This document shows, in pieces, positions 36,381-46,736 of a stretch of 64,000 nt of DNA (the first letter of the stretch is position 1; the number at the start of each line of letters is the position of its first letter). The DNA comes from Candidatus Obscuribacteraceae bacterium (lineage in GTDB: Bacteria; Cyanobacteriota; Vampirovibrionia; Obscuribacterales; Obscuribacteraceae): the NCBI GenBank assembly GCA_044229845.1, contig JBGASG010000007.1:1-64000 (forward strand), written 5' to 3'. The notes below the pieces were generated by a model. That model had not been told where the DNA came from. It was given only the letters and a program-made list of their open reading frames with translations, and did no database searches. A program made the translations under genes and the position numbers.

Positions 36381-37816
36381 GTAGCTGACTCCTTGTTCTC
36401 TTGTAACTCGAAATAGAGTTTTTGCATGATGTTGGCAGCAAGTTGGTTGCGGAAGTCTGCGGAACCGCGCACGTCGGAGATAGGAGTAATCTCCTTTTTC
36501 GCGAGCGCTCCGGCTTCTTTGAAGGACTTCTCGTCATCGATGCTCTTGCCGGCAAGAAACTTTTCAGTCTGCGGCAGGCGCAACACCACCGGTCCCACGC
36601 CACCATATGCGATGCGCGCCGATTTCACCTGCCGCTTCTCCTCGAGTTCGAGATAGAATGCGGCGGTAAACGTCGAGATGTCGAGATTGCGGCGCCGCGA
36701 TACTTTATATAGTTTCAGCACGTCGCCGGCGGCAGGCAGCGGAATGTGAATGCGGGCGACCAGCTCATCGGGTTTGAGATCGAGCTGCTTGTAGCCCTTG
36801 TAAAACTGATTGATGTTAACGCTGCGTGTACCGCTTGTGCCGAACAGCTCCAGCTCTGCATTGCTGACGAGAAGAAACGGAATGGTGTCGGCAATCGGTG
36901 AGGCATTGACGATGTTGCCGGCCAGCGTTCCCGAGTAGCGAATCTGCGGCGATCCGAACAACCACATGATGCCGTGCAGCTCGGGTATCCGCTGTTCAAC
37001 AGTTTCTTCCAGCTGAGCGAGAGTGGCGAGCGCGCCGACAATCAGCTTGTCCTTCTCACATACAATTTCATTGAGTCCGGGAATTTTGTTCAGGCACAAC
37101 ACATCTTTTGGTTCTAGACCACGCTTGTTCAGCACCACACAAACATCGGTGCCGCCGGCAACCACTGTCAGTCCTGAATGCTTTGCTTTGAACTGAGCCG
37201 CCTCGCCCAGGTCGCGCGGCACGCACAGGTCACGCCCTTGATCTGCGATAGCGACAGCTTCGCTGCTGCATTTCTGGAAGTCTTGCATCATCGCTTTGGA
37301 CGGGTAGAGCGCCGCAAGTTTCGTCACGCCGTTGGCGTCAACTGCCAGCCCTGCCTTGATGATCGGCTCGTAGCCGGTGCAGCGGCAGAGATTTCCTGTC
37401 AGGCCGTCTTTGATTTCCTTCTCGCCGACGCTCGGGCAGCGGTCGAAAACCGAGCACATCGCCACCACAAATCCGGGAGTGCAAAACCCGCACTGGGCTC
37501 CGTGGCATGCGACCATCGCCTCCTGGACAGGATTGAGCGCGCTGGGTGGGGTCAATCCTTCGATGGTCACCACATGCGTCAGGTCTAGCTGGCACATGAG
37601 CAGAATGCAGGAGTTGACCGGCTTGTAGCTCATATCGCCGCCGACGATGCTTCCGAGCAGGACGGTGCATGCTCCGCAGTCGCCCTCTTCGCAGACGATC
37701 TTGGTACCGGTCTGCCCCTGGCTATAGCGCAGAAAGTTGGACAAAGTCTTGAAAGCGTCGCCTGCGCGCACTTCCAGCCGTTGCCCGTTGACATAGAGGA
37801 GGATGTAATCTCGCAT
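36371..37816 (-). CDS. xdhA: Xanthine dehydrogenase small subunit (2Fe-2S/FAD); start could be 37828
   Basis: GTK..CEEGDCGACT, QCGFCTPG, GNLCRCTGY, AGGTD, GNIVNASPIAD, KVSRR..DIS. Confidence 0.95.
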   Translation of the reverse strand: MRDYILLYVNGQRLEVRAGDAFKTLSNFLRYSQGQTGTKIVCEEGDCGACTVLLGSIVGGDMSYKPVNSCILLMCQLDLTHVVTIEGLTPPSALNPVQEAMVACHGAQCGFCTPGFVVAMCSVFDRCPSVGEKEIKDGLTGNLCRCTGYEPIIKAGLAVDANGVTKLAALYPSKAMMQDFQKCSSEAVAIADQGRDLCVPRDLGEAAQFKAKHSGLTVVAGGTDVCVVLNKRGLEPKDVLCLNKIPGLNEIVCEKDKLIVGALATLAQLEETVEQRIPELHGIMWLFGSPQIRYSGTLAGNIVNASPIADTIPFLLVSNAELELFGTSGTRSVNINQFYKGYKQLDLKPDELVARIHIPLPAAGDVLKLYKVSRRRNLDISTFTAAFYLELEEKRQVKSARIAYGGVGPVVLRLPQTEKFLAGKSIDDEKSFKEAGALAKKEITPISDVRGSADFRNQLAANIMQKLYFELQENKESATCR

Positions 37817-37919
37817 AATCCGCGCCATCGCTGAAACATCACAATGATATCTCACCTATATGCCGGTGGGGGCGGTTTTACGGCACCTGAACCGTTTCTC
37901 AGTCGACCAGCCGGATGTA

Positions 37920-37940
37920 TTCTGAACATTCGTTCCAGAA
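37920..37940. promoter_or_regulatory. Imperfect palindrome, candidate TetR operator between xdhA and tetR
   Basis: ttctGAACattcGTTCcagaa in the divergent intergenic region. Confidence 0.45.
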
Positions 37941-37991
37941 AGAGGTAGAATGCCCGGGGGACCACCCCTGCGCTCTGTCGACTGAACGACC

Positions 37992-38576
37992 ATGGCAAGA
38001 AAGAAAGAGTTTGACGAGTTTGATGTATTGAACCGGGCGATGGAAATCTTCTGGCGTCAGGGCTATGAAGGCACGTCCATCCAGGACCTTGTCGAACAAA
38101 TGGGGATTAATCGCGGCAGCCTCTACGGGACTTTCGCCGACAAGCGGGCGCTTTTCCTGGCCGCCATTCAGCATTACGACCGCACTGTCATCGCTGTGGT
38201 TGTAGAACGGCTCCACGAGCCGCATCCGTCAGCCAAGCAGCAGATTATTGACTACATCATGAGTGTGGCGGTGAAGGCTGCCAGTCCGGGACAGCGCGAA
38301 GGCTGTTTCTTGACTAACTCAGCAGTGGAAGTGGGGGCGCACGATCCCGAAGCAGAACGCAGCGTTCTGGAGGCGATGCGCCGCATCGAGCAAGCTCTCT
38401 ATGAAGCTCTCGTGCGCGCCCGTCGCGCCGGCGAAATCAGACCGCAAAAGGACCTGCGAGCCCTGGCGCGCTATCTGACCAGCAGCATTCAAGGACTTCA
38501 GGTAATGGGCAAAATCCTGCCTGACAAACGCGCTTTGCTCGATATCGCGGAAATTATTGTAGCGGCTCTGGACTGA
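37992..38576 (+). CDS. TetR/AcrR-family regulator (NemR/ComR-like)
   Basis: MARKKEFD, FWRQGYEGTS, GINRGSLYGTFADK, GCFLTN. Confidence 0.93.
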   Translation: MARKKEFDEFDVLNRAMEIFWRQGYEGTSIQDLVEQMGINRGSLYGTFADKRALFLAAIQHYDRTVIAVVVERLHEPHPSAKQQIIDYIMSVAVKAASPGQREGCFLTNSAVEVGAHDPEAERSVLEAMRRIEQALYEALVRARRAGEIRPQKDLRALARYLTSSIQGLQVMGKILPDKRALLDIAEIIVAALD

Positions 38577-39783
38577 CCGCAGCCGGAATAACACTTTGCG
38601 CGGCCAGGTTTTTGATATCGCCGTCGCTGTAGCCCAGTTCGGCAAGCAAGCGACGTGTCGTCACTGCCGGATCTGCGGGCGCCACCATGCCGTTGCCGCC
38701 GTTTGTGCCGGGTCGGTGGCGTTCCATAAATCCAGTCGGTGTGCGCAACTGCGGAATCGAGCCGAGTTTCGGATGTTGCAGGTTGCAGAGCACTTGCCGC
38801 TCTTGCGCGGGCGGATAGTTGACGGCTTCTTGAATGTTATTGACGGGTGATACGCAGCAGTTGCTGTTGTCGAAAATCTGCACCCACTGTTCGCGCGATT
38901 TGCTGCCGATGATCTGTGTCAGCGTTTCCTTCATTTGTAGATTTGGACCGAGCGGATATTTCGTAATCAGGTCGGGGCGTTCGATGCGGCGGCAGAACTC
39001 TTCCCAGAACTGCGGCTCCAGTGGAGCCACCGCTAGATAGTTGCCATCCAGACAGCGATAGATATTGTAGTTAGCCACGGCATCCCGGTAGTCGGGATCG
39101 CTTTCGCGCATCGGCTTGCCCATGTATCCCCAGGCTGTGGCCAGCAAGTTGACGGTGGAAAGTGAGGACTCGAACATGCTGATGTCGAGGTGGCGGCCGG
39201 CGCCGTCGGTGCGCTGGCGTTCATACAAGGCTGCCACTATGGACAGTGCCGCGTAAGTAGCGCTCATATAGTCTGAGACCAGCAATCCGGTTACGCGTGG
39301 CTCGCCGTTGGGTAGTGCCGTTTGCGACAGAACTCCTGACTCGGCGACGAAGTTGAGATCGTGTCCGGGGCGTTGACTCCAGGCAGAGTTCTGCCCGTAT
39401 CCGGAGATCGAGCAGTAGATCAGTCCGGGATTGACCGCCTGCAGGGCACTATATCCGATACCAAGTCGATCCATGACTCCCGGACGAAAGTTTTCAATTA
39501 CGACGTCGACATCTTTGACGAGTCGCATGATGATCTGAATGGCGGCCGCCTGTTTGAGGTCGAGCGCGATACGCGATTTTTCGCGGTGTACGCTCCAGTA
39601 ATAAAGGCTCTCGCCTTTTATGATGGGAGGCAGGCGTTGAGCCAATCCAGGTTTGAGCGACTCGACCCGCGTGATGTTGCAGCCCAGGTCGACCAGGATA
39701 GTGGAACAAAGTTCGCCCGGCAGGAGATGCGAGAAATCAAGTACTCTAACATTGGTTAACGGCACGCCAGGCAGCTCCCGCAA
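38554..39783 (-). CDS. CaiB/BaiF family III CoA transferase
   Basis: VLDFS.LLPG, ENFRPGVMDRLGIGY, CSISGYGQ, GHDLN; start codon uncertain. Confidence 0.92.
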   Translation of the reverse strand: MRELPGVPLTNVRVLDFSHLLPGELCSTILVDLGCNITRVESLKPGLAQRLPPIIKGESLYYWSVHREKSRIALDLKQAAAIQIIMRLVKDVDVVIENFRPGVMDRLGIGYSALQAVNPGLIYCSISGYGQNSAWSQRPGHDLNFVAESGVLSQTALPNGEPRVTGLLVSDYMSATYAALSIVAALYERQRTDGAGRHLDISMFESSLSTVNLLATAWGYMGKPMRESDPDYRDAVANYNIYRCLDGNYLAVAPLEPQFWEEFCRRIERPDLITKYPLGPNLQMKETLTQIIGSKSREQWVQIFDNSNCCVSPVNNIQEAVNYPPAQERQVLCNLQHPKLGSIPQLRTPTGFMERHRPGTNGGNGMVAPADPAVTTRRLLAELGYSDGDIKNLAAQSVIPAAVSPEPLQ

Positions 39784-40206
39784 GTTGATTCGGCAGAATC
39801 AGAAATCCTATCACGGACGCCCGTCGACGGGAGTCGCTGCTCTCAATGCTTGAAGGTGGGCGTCGTCCTGTTCCGCCAGATCTAGGGCAGGATGTTCCGA
39901 GATTCTGGGAAATGAGAAAATCGGCGCGCGATTGCAGCATCCAAGAATTGTCGGGGTCCAGCTCGACGGCTCTGTTGAAGCAGCTAAGCGCTTCTTTTCT
40001 CGTAGAACTTGGCAGGCGAATTATTGGAGAGCCATGGATCTACGCCGGACTCTGCTGCCACTGGATCGACTCGGTACTGCAGCCAAAGTTGATTCAGGCG
40101 CTTTTGTGTTGCCTGCTGCTCGGTGTGAGCTGCAAGCGCGTCGTCCAGACCTGAGCACCAAGCACCGCGGACAGTATCATGCTGTGCTTGACTAGCGCGT
40201 GCCGCT

Positions 40207-41691
40207 TCATTGCTCCCTGCTACCGGCGAGGTCATGCAACTGGAGAGCCTTTTTGGCATCGGCGTCAGCCTCTTGCAACAATCCGAGGCGACGCAGGGCG
40301 CGAGAACGCATTTGGTAAGCAACCGATGAATCAGGTTGCCGGCGCAATATGGCGTTCGCGTCAGCAAGCGCGTTGCCCGGCAGCTGTAATGCCATATACG
40401 CAGTGGCGCGGTTATACAAAGGCGCAGGCTCCCCGGGAAAGGTGGTGTGCGCCAACGTGAAGTCTTCGACGGCATCCCAGTTTTGCCCGAGTTCGAAATG
40501 ACACTGACCCCTGATGTGATAGGCGGTGGATAGATTGGGATCGCGCTTGATGATCTGCGTCGTGTGTTCGATCGCTTTGGTATAGCGACGTGCTCTGAAC
40601 TCAGCGTTCGCCAGCTCCAATTGCAGAGGAATAGAGTCAGCAGCTAAAGACAGCGCCTGTTCTGCACAAACGACTGCTTCTTCGGCTCGCCCAATGTTGA
40701 CCAGACATTGAATTTTACGCTGCCGGGCAGTGATTGAATTGGGTTCAAGTTCGACGGCTCTGGTGGCACTGGCTAGTGCCTCTTCCTTGCGATCGAGGCG
40801 GGTCAATATGCGACTCCTCTGGATGAACGCGCGCGCCGAGTCAGGAGCCATGCGTGCAGCTTGATCGGCGAACTCCAGCGCTGCATCATCGTAATTGACG
40901 AAAAAGGCAAAGTCGGATGCGGTCAGACTGACCGTAGGGCTTTTTGCGATATCGCACGCCTTTCGCAGGTATTGCAACGCCTCTGTCTTGTGTCCCTCAT
41001 AGCCGGAAGCCAGTCCGAGATACAAATAGACGTGCTCATTTTTCGGCCAGCGCTCGGCGGTCTTAAGAAGCAGGCGCCTTTGTTCGTTAAAGGCGCCCAG
41101 GCGGCCGTACAGCTGCGCCACTCCCAGACAGAAATCAGGAGACGGAGTCTTTTCGGTCGCCTCCGCCTTTCGTAACGCTTGTTCGCTGAGGGTCCAGTTC
41201 TTCAGTTGATAATAGCTCTCGGCGCGATAGAGATATCCGGTTGAGCGGTTCGGTGCGATGCTTACAGCTTGGTTTGCTGCATCTAGGGCTTTCTCGAATT
41301 TACCGTCGTGGATCAGTACGTTGCTGCGCAGGCAGAGGTAGTAGTCTGCATCGTCATCTATCTGCGACCTATCATCTGCCACCATCAGTGCTTCGGCAAA
41401 TTTCTTGTCGTGCATCAATATGGTGATTTTTGTGGAGTTGAGGAAGCGGCGAACGTCGGAGGAGAGTTTTAGTGGCAACATGCTGTTGATAATGGACAGT
41501 GCTCTCTCTGGATGTGACCCGGACAGCTGGCGAATTTTGCTGCAAGCATCCTGCACATTGTCTTTTGTCGTTGTCGCCGGAGGCGCAGCGGATTCTTTGC
41601 CGGTCACCGGGTGCTGCACGACAACGGCTAGCACAGCCAATGACATGGCAGCAAGAGTGAGCAGTTGACGTATTGATGATTGTTCGGGCAT
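40207..41691 (-). CDS. Secreted TPR-repeat protein
   Basis: Signal-like MPEQSSIRQLLTLAAMSLAVLAVV at 41691, then many TPRs; the longer ORF call to 42480 is antisense to the SDR gene. Confidence 0.85.
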   Translation of the reverse strand: MPEQSSIRQLLTLAAMSLAVLAVVVQHPVTGKESAAPPATTTKDNVQDACSKIRQLSGSHPERALSIINSMLPLKLSSDVRRFLNSTKITILMHDKKFAEALMVADDRSQIDDDADYYLCLRSNVLIHDGKFEKALDAANQAVSIAPNRSTGYLYRAESYYQLKNWTLSEQALRKAEATEKTPSPDFCLGVAQLYGRLGAFNEQRRLLLKTAERWPKNEHVYLYLGLASGYEGHKTEALQYLRKACDIAKSPTVSLTASDFAFFVNYDDAALEFADQAARMAPDSARAFIQRSRILTRLDRKEEALASATRAVELEPNSITARQRKIQCLVNIGRAEEAVVCAEQALSLAADSIPLQLELANAEFRARRYTKAIEHTTQIIKRDPNLSTAYHIRGQCHFELGQNWDAVEDFTLAHTTFPGEPAPLYNRATAYMALQLPGNALADANAILRRQPDSSVAYQMRSRALRRLGLLQEADADAKKALQLHDLAGSREQ

Positions 41692-41758
41692 ACAGTTATT
41701 TTGCCCGATTGGTGAAGGTTTCATGCCGTGCGGAGCGCTCGGTGCTAATATTTGCGCT

Positions 41759-42556
41759 ATGAGCATGAACGGGCGGTTCTCGGGCAAAGTTGCCATAGTG
41801 ACCGGTGGTGGCACCGGGTTGGGACTGGCTATCGCGCGCGAGTTTGCCGGCGGCGGCGCGAAGGTGGTAATCGCCAGTCGCAAGCAGGAGAATTTGTCCG
41901 CCGCAGCGTCATCGATCAAAGATGCCGGCGGGCATTGCGATACATTTGCCTTTGACGTACGTGTGCCGGAGCAAGTCGAGGCGCTGGTGGAATACACCGT
42001 CGGGCTGCATGGACGCATCGACATCCTGGTCAATAATGCTGCCGGCAATTTCGTTTGTCCTTCTGAGAAACTATCGGTGAACGGCTGGCTTTCGGTTGTA
42101 GGGATCGTGCTGAACGGAACCTGGTTTTGCAGTAGTTTTGCCGGACGCAAGATGATTGAGCAAAATGGCGGCGTTATTCTGAACGTGATCGCGACCTTCG
42201 CCTGGACGGGCGCACCAGGAGTGGTGCACTCGGCTTCCGCCAAAGCGGGCGTGCTGGCGATGACCAGGACCCTGGCCGCCGAGTGGGGACCGCACAACAT
42301 CAGGGTTAATGCGCTGGCGCCGGGGGTGATGGTCACGGAGAATGCTTCGAAGAATCTACTGTTTGATGCACCGGAAGTGCAGAAGAAAATCAGCGACCGT
42401 ATTCCACTACGACGCCTTTTGCCGACGGAAGAAGCGGCCAAGCTGGCGGCGTTTCTTTGCAGTGACGAGGCGGCGTACATAACCGGCGACGTGATGACTT
42501 GCGACGGAGGGCGCTGGCTTGGAGAGGGTTTTTTGGACCTGATGGCTCATGAGTGA
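41759..42556 (+). CDS. SDR oxidoreductase, 2,4-dienoyl-CoA-reductase-like
   Basis: TGGGTGLG, NNAAGNF, HSASAKAG, IRVNALAPG, IPLRRL, DGG. Confidence 0.88.
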   Translation: MSMNGRFSGKVAIVTGGGTGLGLAIAREFAGGGAKVVIASRKQENLSAAASSIKDAGGHCDTFAFDVRVPEQVEALVEYTVGLHGRIDILVNNAAGNFVCPSEKLSVNGWLSVVGIVLNGTWFCSSFAGRKMIEQNGGVILNVIATFAWTGAPGVVHSASAKAGVLAMTRTLAAEWGPHNIRVNALAPGVMVTENASKNLLFDAPEVQKKISDRIPLRRLLPTEEAAKLAAFLCSDEAAYITGDVMTCDGGRWLGEGFLDLMAHE

Positions 42557-43880
42557 GACCTTCCCGCCTGCAAGCCGGCTGGAGATTTTCTCATGGGCGA
42601 TGTTCGACTTCGCCAATTCTACTTACGGAACTGTGGTGGCAACGGCCATCTACAGTGCATACTTCGTAAACGTGATTGCCGGCCAGGCGCAGGGTATGGA
42701 GCAGGGGCAGGGCACCTTGCTCTTAACCCTCACCATCTCCGCGGCTTCGTTGTTTGTTGCTTTCACGGCGCCGATTATAGGCACCATCGCTGATGCCACT
42801 GCGGGGAAGAAGAAGTTTCTGTTCATCGCTACGGCGATTTGTGTTGTTTTCACAGCGCTGTTGGCGACGACCGGACCCGGTACGGTGTGGTTGGCGATGC
42901 TTCTGCTGTTCGTCACCAACTCGTCGTTTGGAACCGGCGAAGACCTGGTGGCGGCGTTTTTGCCTGAGATTGCGCGGCGCGATAACATGGGACGCATTTC
43001 CGCCTTCGGCTGGACGATCGGCTATGTGGGCGGACTGAGCGTACTGGGACTTTGCCTGGCTTACGTGAGTTGGGCGCGCGCGCATCAGCAGGTGCCCCAG
43101 CAGTACGTACCGGTGACGGTCTTGATCACGGCCGCCATATTCGCTCTTGCCGCTTCGCCGATCTTTTTGTTTTTGAAGGAACGTGCTTTGCCCGAAAAGG
43201 ACGCTGCCACCAAAAACTACGTTGTCCTGGGTTTTAAGAGACTGCAAGAAACCTATCATGAGGCGCGCCGGTATACCGATCTGTGGCGTTTTTTCATCAC
43301 GCTCTTCGTGTACACGTGCGGCACGACGACCGTCGTTACTCTGGCTTCCGTTTATGCCACCGAAGTGATGAAATTCAGCACGCAGGACAACATACTGCTT
43401 GTGCTAGTGGTGAACGTAACGGCCGCTGTTGGTGCCTTCGTTTTTGGATATGTTCAGGACAAGTTTGGATCGATTCGGACTTTGACGATTACACTGGTTA
43501 TCTGGGCGGCGGCCACATCTTTGGCTTTTGTTGCAACATCAAGACCGCTGTTCTGGGTGGTCGCCAACCTGGTGGGACTGGCAATGGGTTCAAGTCAGTC
43601 TGCCGGTCGAGCACTGGTTGGGCAGCTTTCGCCTACCGGTCGCTCCGGTGAGTTTTTCGGATTGTGGGGCGTTGTGGGCAAGTTGGCGGCCGCCGTTGGT
43701 CCGCTGTCGTTTGGTTTGATCACGTACTTGACGCACAACAATCTTCGCATCGCGATTCTCTCCACCAGCGCTTATTTCCTTCTGGCGATTTTTCTCATTC
43801 AGCGAGTCGATGAGAAACGCGGCCACGCCGCGGTTGCCGAGACAGAGCGGGAAGATCGCGAAGACCGAGAGAAAGTCTAG
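42549..43880 (+). CDS. MFS transporter (UMF1/Atg22-like)
   Basis: SWAMFDFANS, AFLPEI, GYVGG, EFFG; about 12 TM segments. Confidence 0.88.
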   Translation: MSETFPPASRLEIFSWAMFDFANSTYGTVVATAIYSAYFVNVIAGQAQGMEQGQGTLLLTLTISAASLFVAFTAPIIGTIADATAGKKKFLFIATAICVVFTALLATTGPGTVWLAMLLLFVTNSSFGTGEDLVAAFLPEIARRDNMGRISAFGWTIGYVGGLSVLGLCLAYVSWARAHQQVPQQYVPVTVLITAAIFALAASPIFLFLKERALPEKDAATKNYVVLGFKRLQETYHEARRYTDLWRFFITLFVYTCGTTTVVTLASVYATEVMKFSTQDNILLVLVVNVTAAVGAFVFGYVQDKFGSIRTLTITLVIWAAATSLAFVATSRPLFWVVANLVGLAMGSSQSAGRALVGQLSPTGRSGEFFGLWGVVGKLAAAVGPLSFGLITYLTHNNLRIAILSTSAYFLLAIFLIQRVDEKRGHAAVAETEREDREDREKV

Positions 43881-45382
43881 CGTAACTCGACTGACGAAAG
43901 AATGGAATCGAAAAGGTGTTTGGTGGGCGCCGGTGCTCCGTCGAACAACAAGAAGGACAGGCAGTAGTGATGTCCGCGGTGGCTGAAGATCACCAGGTGT
44001 TCGTCGACGTGACTACCGTTCGCCATGAAGCGAGCCGCAAGGCGGTAGCCGTGAATGTCCTTGTTTCTTCCAAAAACAATCTCGCCGGCATCCATACGCT
44101 GGTAAGACTTCATGGGACGCAATGCCCGCTGCTCGACTAACTCTGCAATCACTCTGTTGCTGGTCACACCGGGCACGTGCGCATCTCCCAGTTTGAGCTC
44201 GACCAGGAAGGGTCCCATTGGACCCTCCAGGGATTTGATGAACTCGGGTCGCACAGGCATACTGTCTTTCCAGACCTTCGGATAGTCGAAGGCGATGCCG
44301 ATGCGCGAGTCGTAGAAGTTGATCGTGCCGCCGGCGCTCTGGAAGTCGAGCGGCTTCTCCGACGAATGAATGCTCAGCAACGTATGGTTGAACAAAGGCA
44401 GCAGTGCCGGCTGTTCGGAACTTTTGGCGATGAACCCGAGGGTATACATGAGTGGTCCCTGGCGGAAGTGCACCACTGTCAACCGGGTCGGTTGGTCCTC
44501 GGCACCGAAGTCGATTTCGCACATCGCGGCCGGCATATTATGTGACTTGCCGATCAAGACGTTTTGTGCGCGCACGCGGCGATAGCCGCTCAGCGACTGG
44601 AAGATCAACTGGTCCGTAAATCTGGCGAAGCGATCGGGATTCATTCCGTGTGCGGGCGCCATCGAGAGCGTCATCTCATAGTGAGTGCCATCTATGGTGG
44701 TGCCTTCGAACTTGGATAGGGTATCCTTGTCCGGCCGATCAACTACCGAAAAAGTCGAGGGGTAGTCGAAGGCAATTACACCAGGCGCTGACTCGTATGT
44801 GATGAAGGTGTCCTGCGGTGGCTTGGGAACCGGCATGACCATGGGCACGGCGGCAGCCGGTTGTGCGGTTCGAGCGCCTGGGGAAGCTGCCGCCAGTGCT
44901 GTTGTGGAGCTTTCTGGTTTGGCGTCGGACAGCTCGAGGACTTCAAGTGATTCTAAAAACTGTTGAGTTGATAATCTGCGGCTGCTAAATGCCGCGACAT
45001 CACCGGCGGTGACAGCCACCAGGTAATAACGAGAGAGGTTTTTGGGATCGTAGAAACGCACCTTGACGCGGGCGAACTGACTCTTAGGGGTTTCGAAGAT
45101 TGTCTTAGCGATCATTGCGGCGTCGATTTTGCAATCTAGCTTTGGTTCCTTTTGCTGGCCGCTGAGCATGGTTGATACGACCACCTCCGACCCGTTGACG
45201 CGCACCGACACATCGAGTCCTGACTGCAGTACGTGGCCTTGCTGGATCCGTTTCTTCACGGTCTGGACGTCAACAGGGGCGGGTGTGACGGCGGGCGAGG
45301 CCGGCATAGCCAGTGCTAAGCCGAGAAACAGCGCCAGAGTGCCGCTAAGAAGTTGGGTCATGCTATCTTTTGACAAGTTCAA
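43877..45382 (-). CDS. Secreted hypothetical protein with two PsbP/Mog1-like domains
   Basis: Signal peptide; two IAFDYP-initiated units, each ending in a Y.L.F...F..IL.S pattern. Confidence 0.65.
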   Translation of the reverse strand: MNLSKDSMTQLLSGTLALFLGLALAMPASPAVTPAPVDVQTVKKRIQQGHVLQSGLDVSVRVNGSEVVVSTMLSGQQKEPKLDCKIDAAMIAKTIFETPKSQFARVKVRFYDPKNLSRYYLVAVTAGDVAAFSSRRLSTQQFLESLEVLELSDAKPESSTTALAAASPGARTAQPAAAVPMVMPVPKPPQDTFITYESAPGVIAFDYPSTFSVVDRPDKDTLSKFEGTTIDGTHYEMTLSMAPAHGMNPDRFARFTDQLIFQSLSGYRRVRAQNVLIGKSHNMPAAMCEIDFGAEDQPTRLTVVHFRQGPLMYTLGFIAKSSEQPALLPLFNHTLLSIHSSEKPLDFQSAGGTINFYDSRIGIAFDYPKVWKDSMPVRPEFIKSLEGPMGPFLVELKLGDAHVPGVTSNRVIAELVEQRALRPMKSYQRMDAGEIVFGRNKDIHGYRLAARFMANGSHVDEHLVIFSHRGHHYCLSFLLFDGAPAPTKHLFDSILSSVELR

Positions 45383-45423
45383 CAGACGTTCTTGCGGTAT
45401 TGTAATCGTTCAGGTGCAAAAGC

Positions 45424-45876
45424 ATGACCAGAGAGCAGCAACCTAAGTGCGTGTTTTGCAGCCGGCAGGCGCCGGTCGATAACATCGTTTTCGAAGACGA
45501 CCATTGGCTTGTGCGTCACAGCGCAGAGACAAACATACTCGGCTATTTCGTGATCGAAGCCAAGAGGCATTTTGTCGACCTGTCGCAGTCGACTGATCGA
45601 GAAGCGCGATCGTACGGCGAGATTTTGCGGGCATTGCAAAAGGCAATCCGTGAAGTGACCCATTGTCAGCGCGTTTACACATTCTCGCTGGGCGAGGCGG
45701 TGGAACACTTCCATCTGCATGTTATCCCGCGGACTGAGAAAGTGCCCCGCACTTTTCGCGGGCGAGGCATTCTTGCCTATCCCACGCAGCCGGGACCGGA
45801 TGCAGCGCTGGCGACGCACACGAGCGAACGTGTGGCGCGCCGTATGGAGCGCACGCTGGCTACGCCGGTTTCTTGA
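45424..45876 (+). CDS. HIT-family hydrolase
   Basis: CVFC; HFHLHVIPR histidine triad. Confidence 0.9.
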   Translation: MTREQQPKCVFCSRQAPVDNIVFEDDHWLVRHSAETNILGYFVIEAKRHFVDLSQSTDREARSYGEILRALQKAIREVTHCQRVYTFSLGEAVEHFHLHVIPRTEKVPRTFRGRGILAYPTQPGPDAALATHTSERVARRMERTLATPVS

Positions 45877-45884
45877 TTCTCACG

Positions 45885-46736
45885 TCACTGAGGGCCGTTA
45901 GAGGGTGCAGGCGGCAGAGTATCTGCTCCGCCGGTGGTGAAAGTCTGGGTACCGTCCGGGTGAGTCGTGCTACCCGGCGTGTAGGCGTCGGGATAGTTGG
46001 TGCCGGTCGTGAAGCTCTGGGTACCGTCCGGACTGGTGGTGCCGGTGGTATAGCTTTGCGTGCCGTCCGCGTTGCCGTTGGCGCCACCAGGGGCGGTGCC
46101 TGTAGTATAACTCTGCCCACCTTCCTGAGTCTGTTCGGTCGGTTGCTGTTTAGCCGGAGCAGGGGAACGCAACTTCTCGATGCGTTGATTACAGAGCAGC
46201 ACATTGGCTGTAATGTCCTGTCGCACCTCTGATGGCGGCTCGCTCTCGAGAGCCTTGCTCCAGACGTATTTAGCCTCTGCTAACCGCTTTTGGAAGAACA
46301 GCATGCGACCGAGGTTGTTTTGCGCTTGCCAGAAGTGCGCTTTGCCGGAAATTGCATGCCGCCAGGCCGCCTCGGCTCCCAGCTCGTCCCGCAATTTTAA
46401 AAGCATCAAACCATAGTTGTTGAAGAAATTCATGTCGTACGGATAGATGGCAATCGCTTCAGCGTATTTGTCGGCGGCGGGACGCGACTTTCCTTTGTCA
46501 TCGAGCTTGCCTGCTTCGACATAGAGCTTGTCGGCCTGCTCCCAGAGTTTGTAGTCGCCGGCGCCGGGAAAGAGGTGTTTTCTCGCATAGGTCGAGGTCG
46601 GGAAGCGACCGCCAACCACTTTGACCAGCTTGGTGTCTTCGGCATGGACGGGAAACGAGGGCAGGGCCGCAGCCACTGCTACTGATACTGCCACCATCGG
46701 CAATCCAAATCTCAGTGAGACTTTTTTGTGTGTCAC
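45885..46736 (-). CDS. Secreted TPR protein with C-terminal DGTQS(Y/F)TTG repeats
   Basis: Signal peptide; about three TPRs; four short repeats; overlaps the upstream kinase stop by 4 nt. Confidence 0.8.
   Translation of the reverse strand: MTHKKVSLRFGLPMVAVSVAVAAALPSFPVHAEDTKLVKVVGGRFPTSTYARKHLFPGAGDYKLWEQADKLYVEAGKLDDKGKSRPAADKYAEAIAIYPYDMNFFNNYGLMLLKLRDELGAEAAWRHAISGKAHFWQAQNNLGRMLFFQKRLAEAKYVWSKALESEPPSEVRQDITANVLLCNQRIEKLRSPAPAKQQPTEQTQEGGQSYTTGTAPGGANGNADGTQSYTTGTTSPDGTQSFTTGTNYPDAYTPGSTTHPDGTQTFTTGGADTLPPAPSNGPQ

Noticed and set aside
41692..42480. N-terminal extension of the 757-aa TPR ORF
   Set aside because: It is the antisense shadow of the SDR gene; a signal-peptide-like start exists at 41691.
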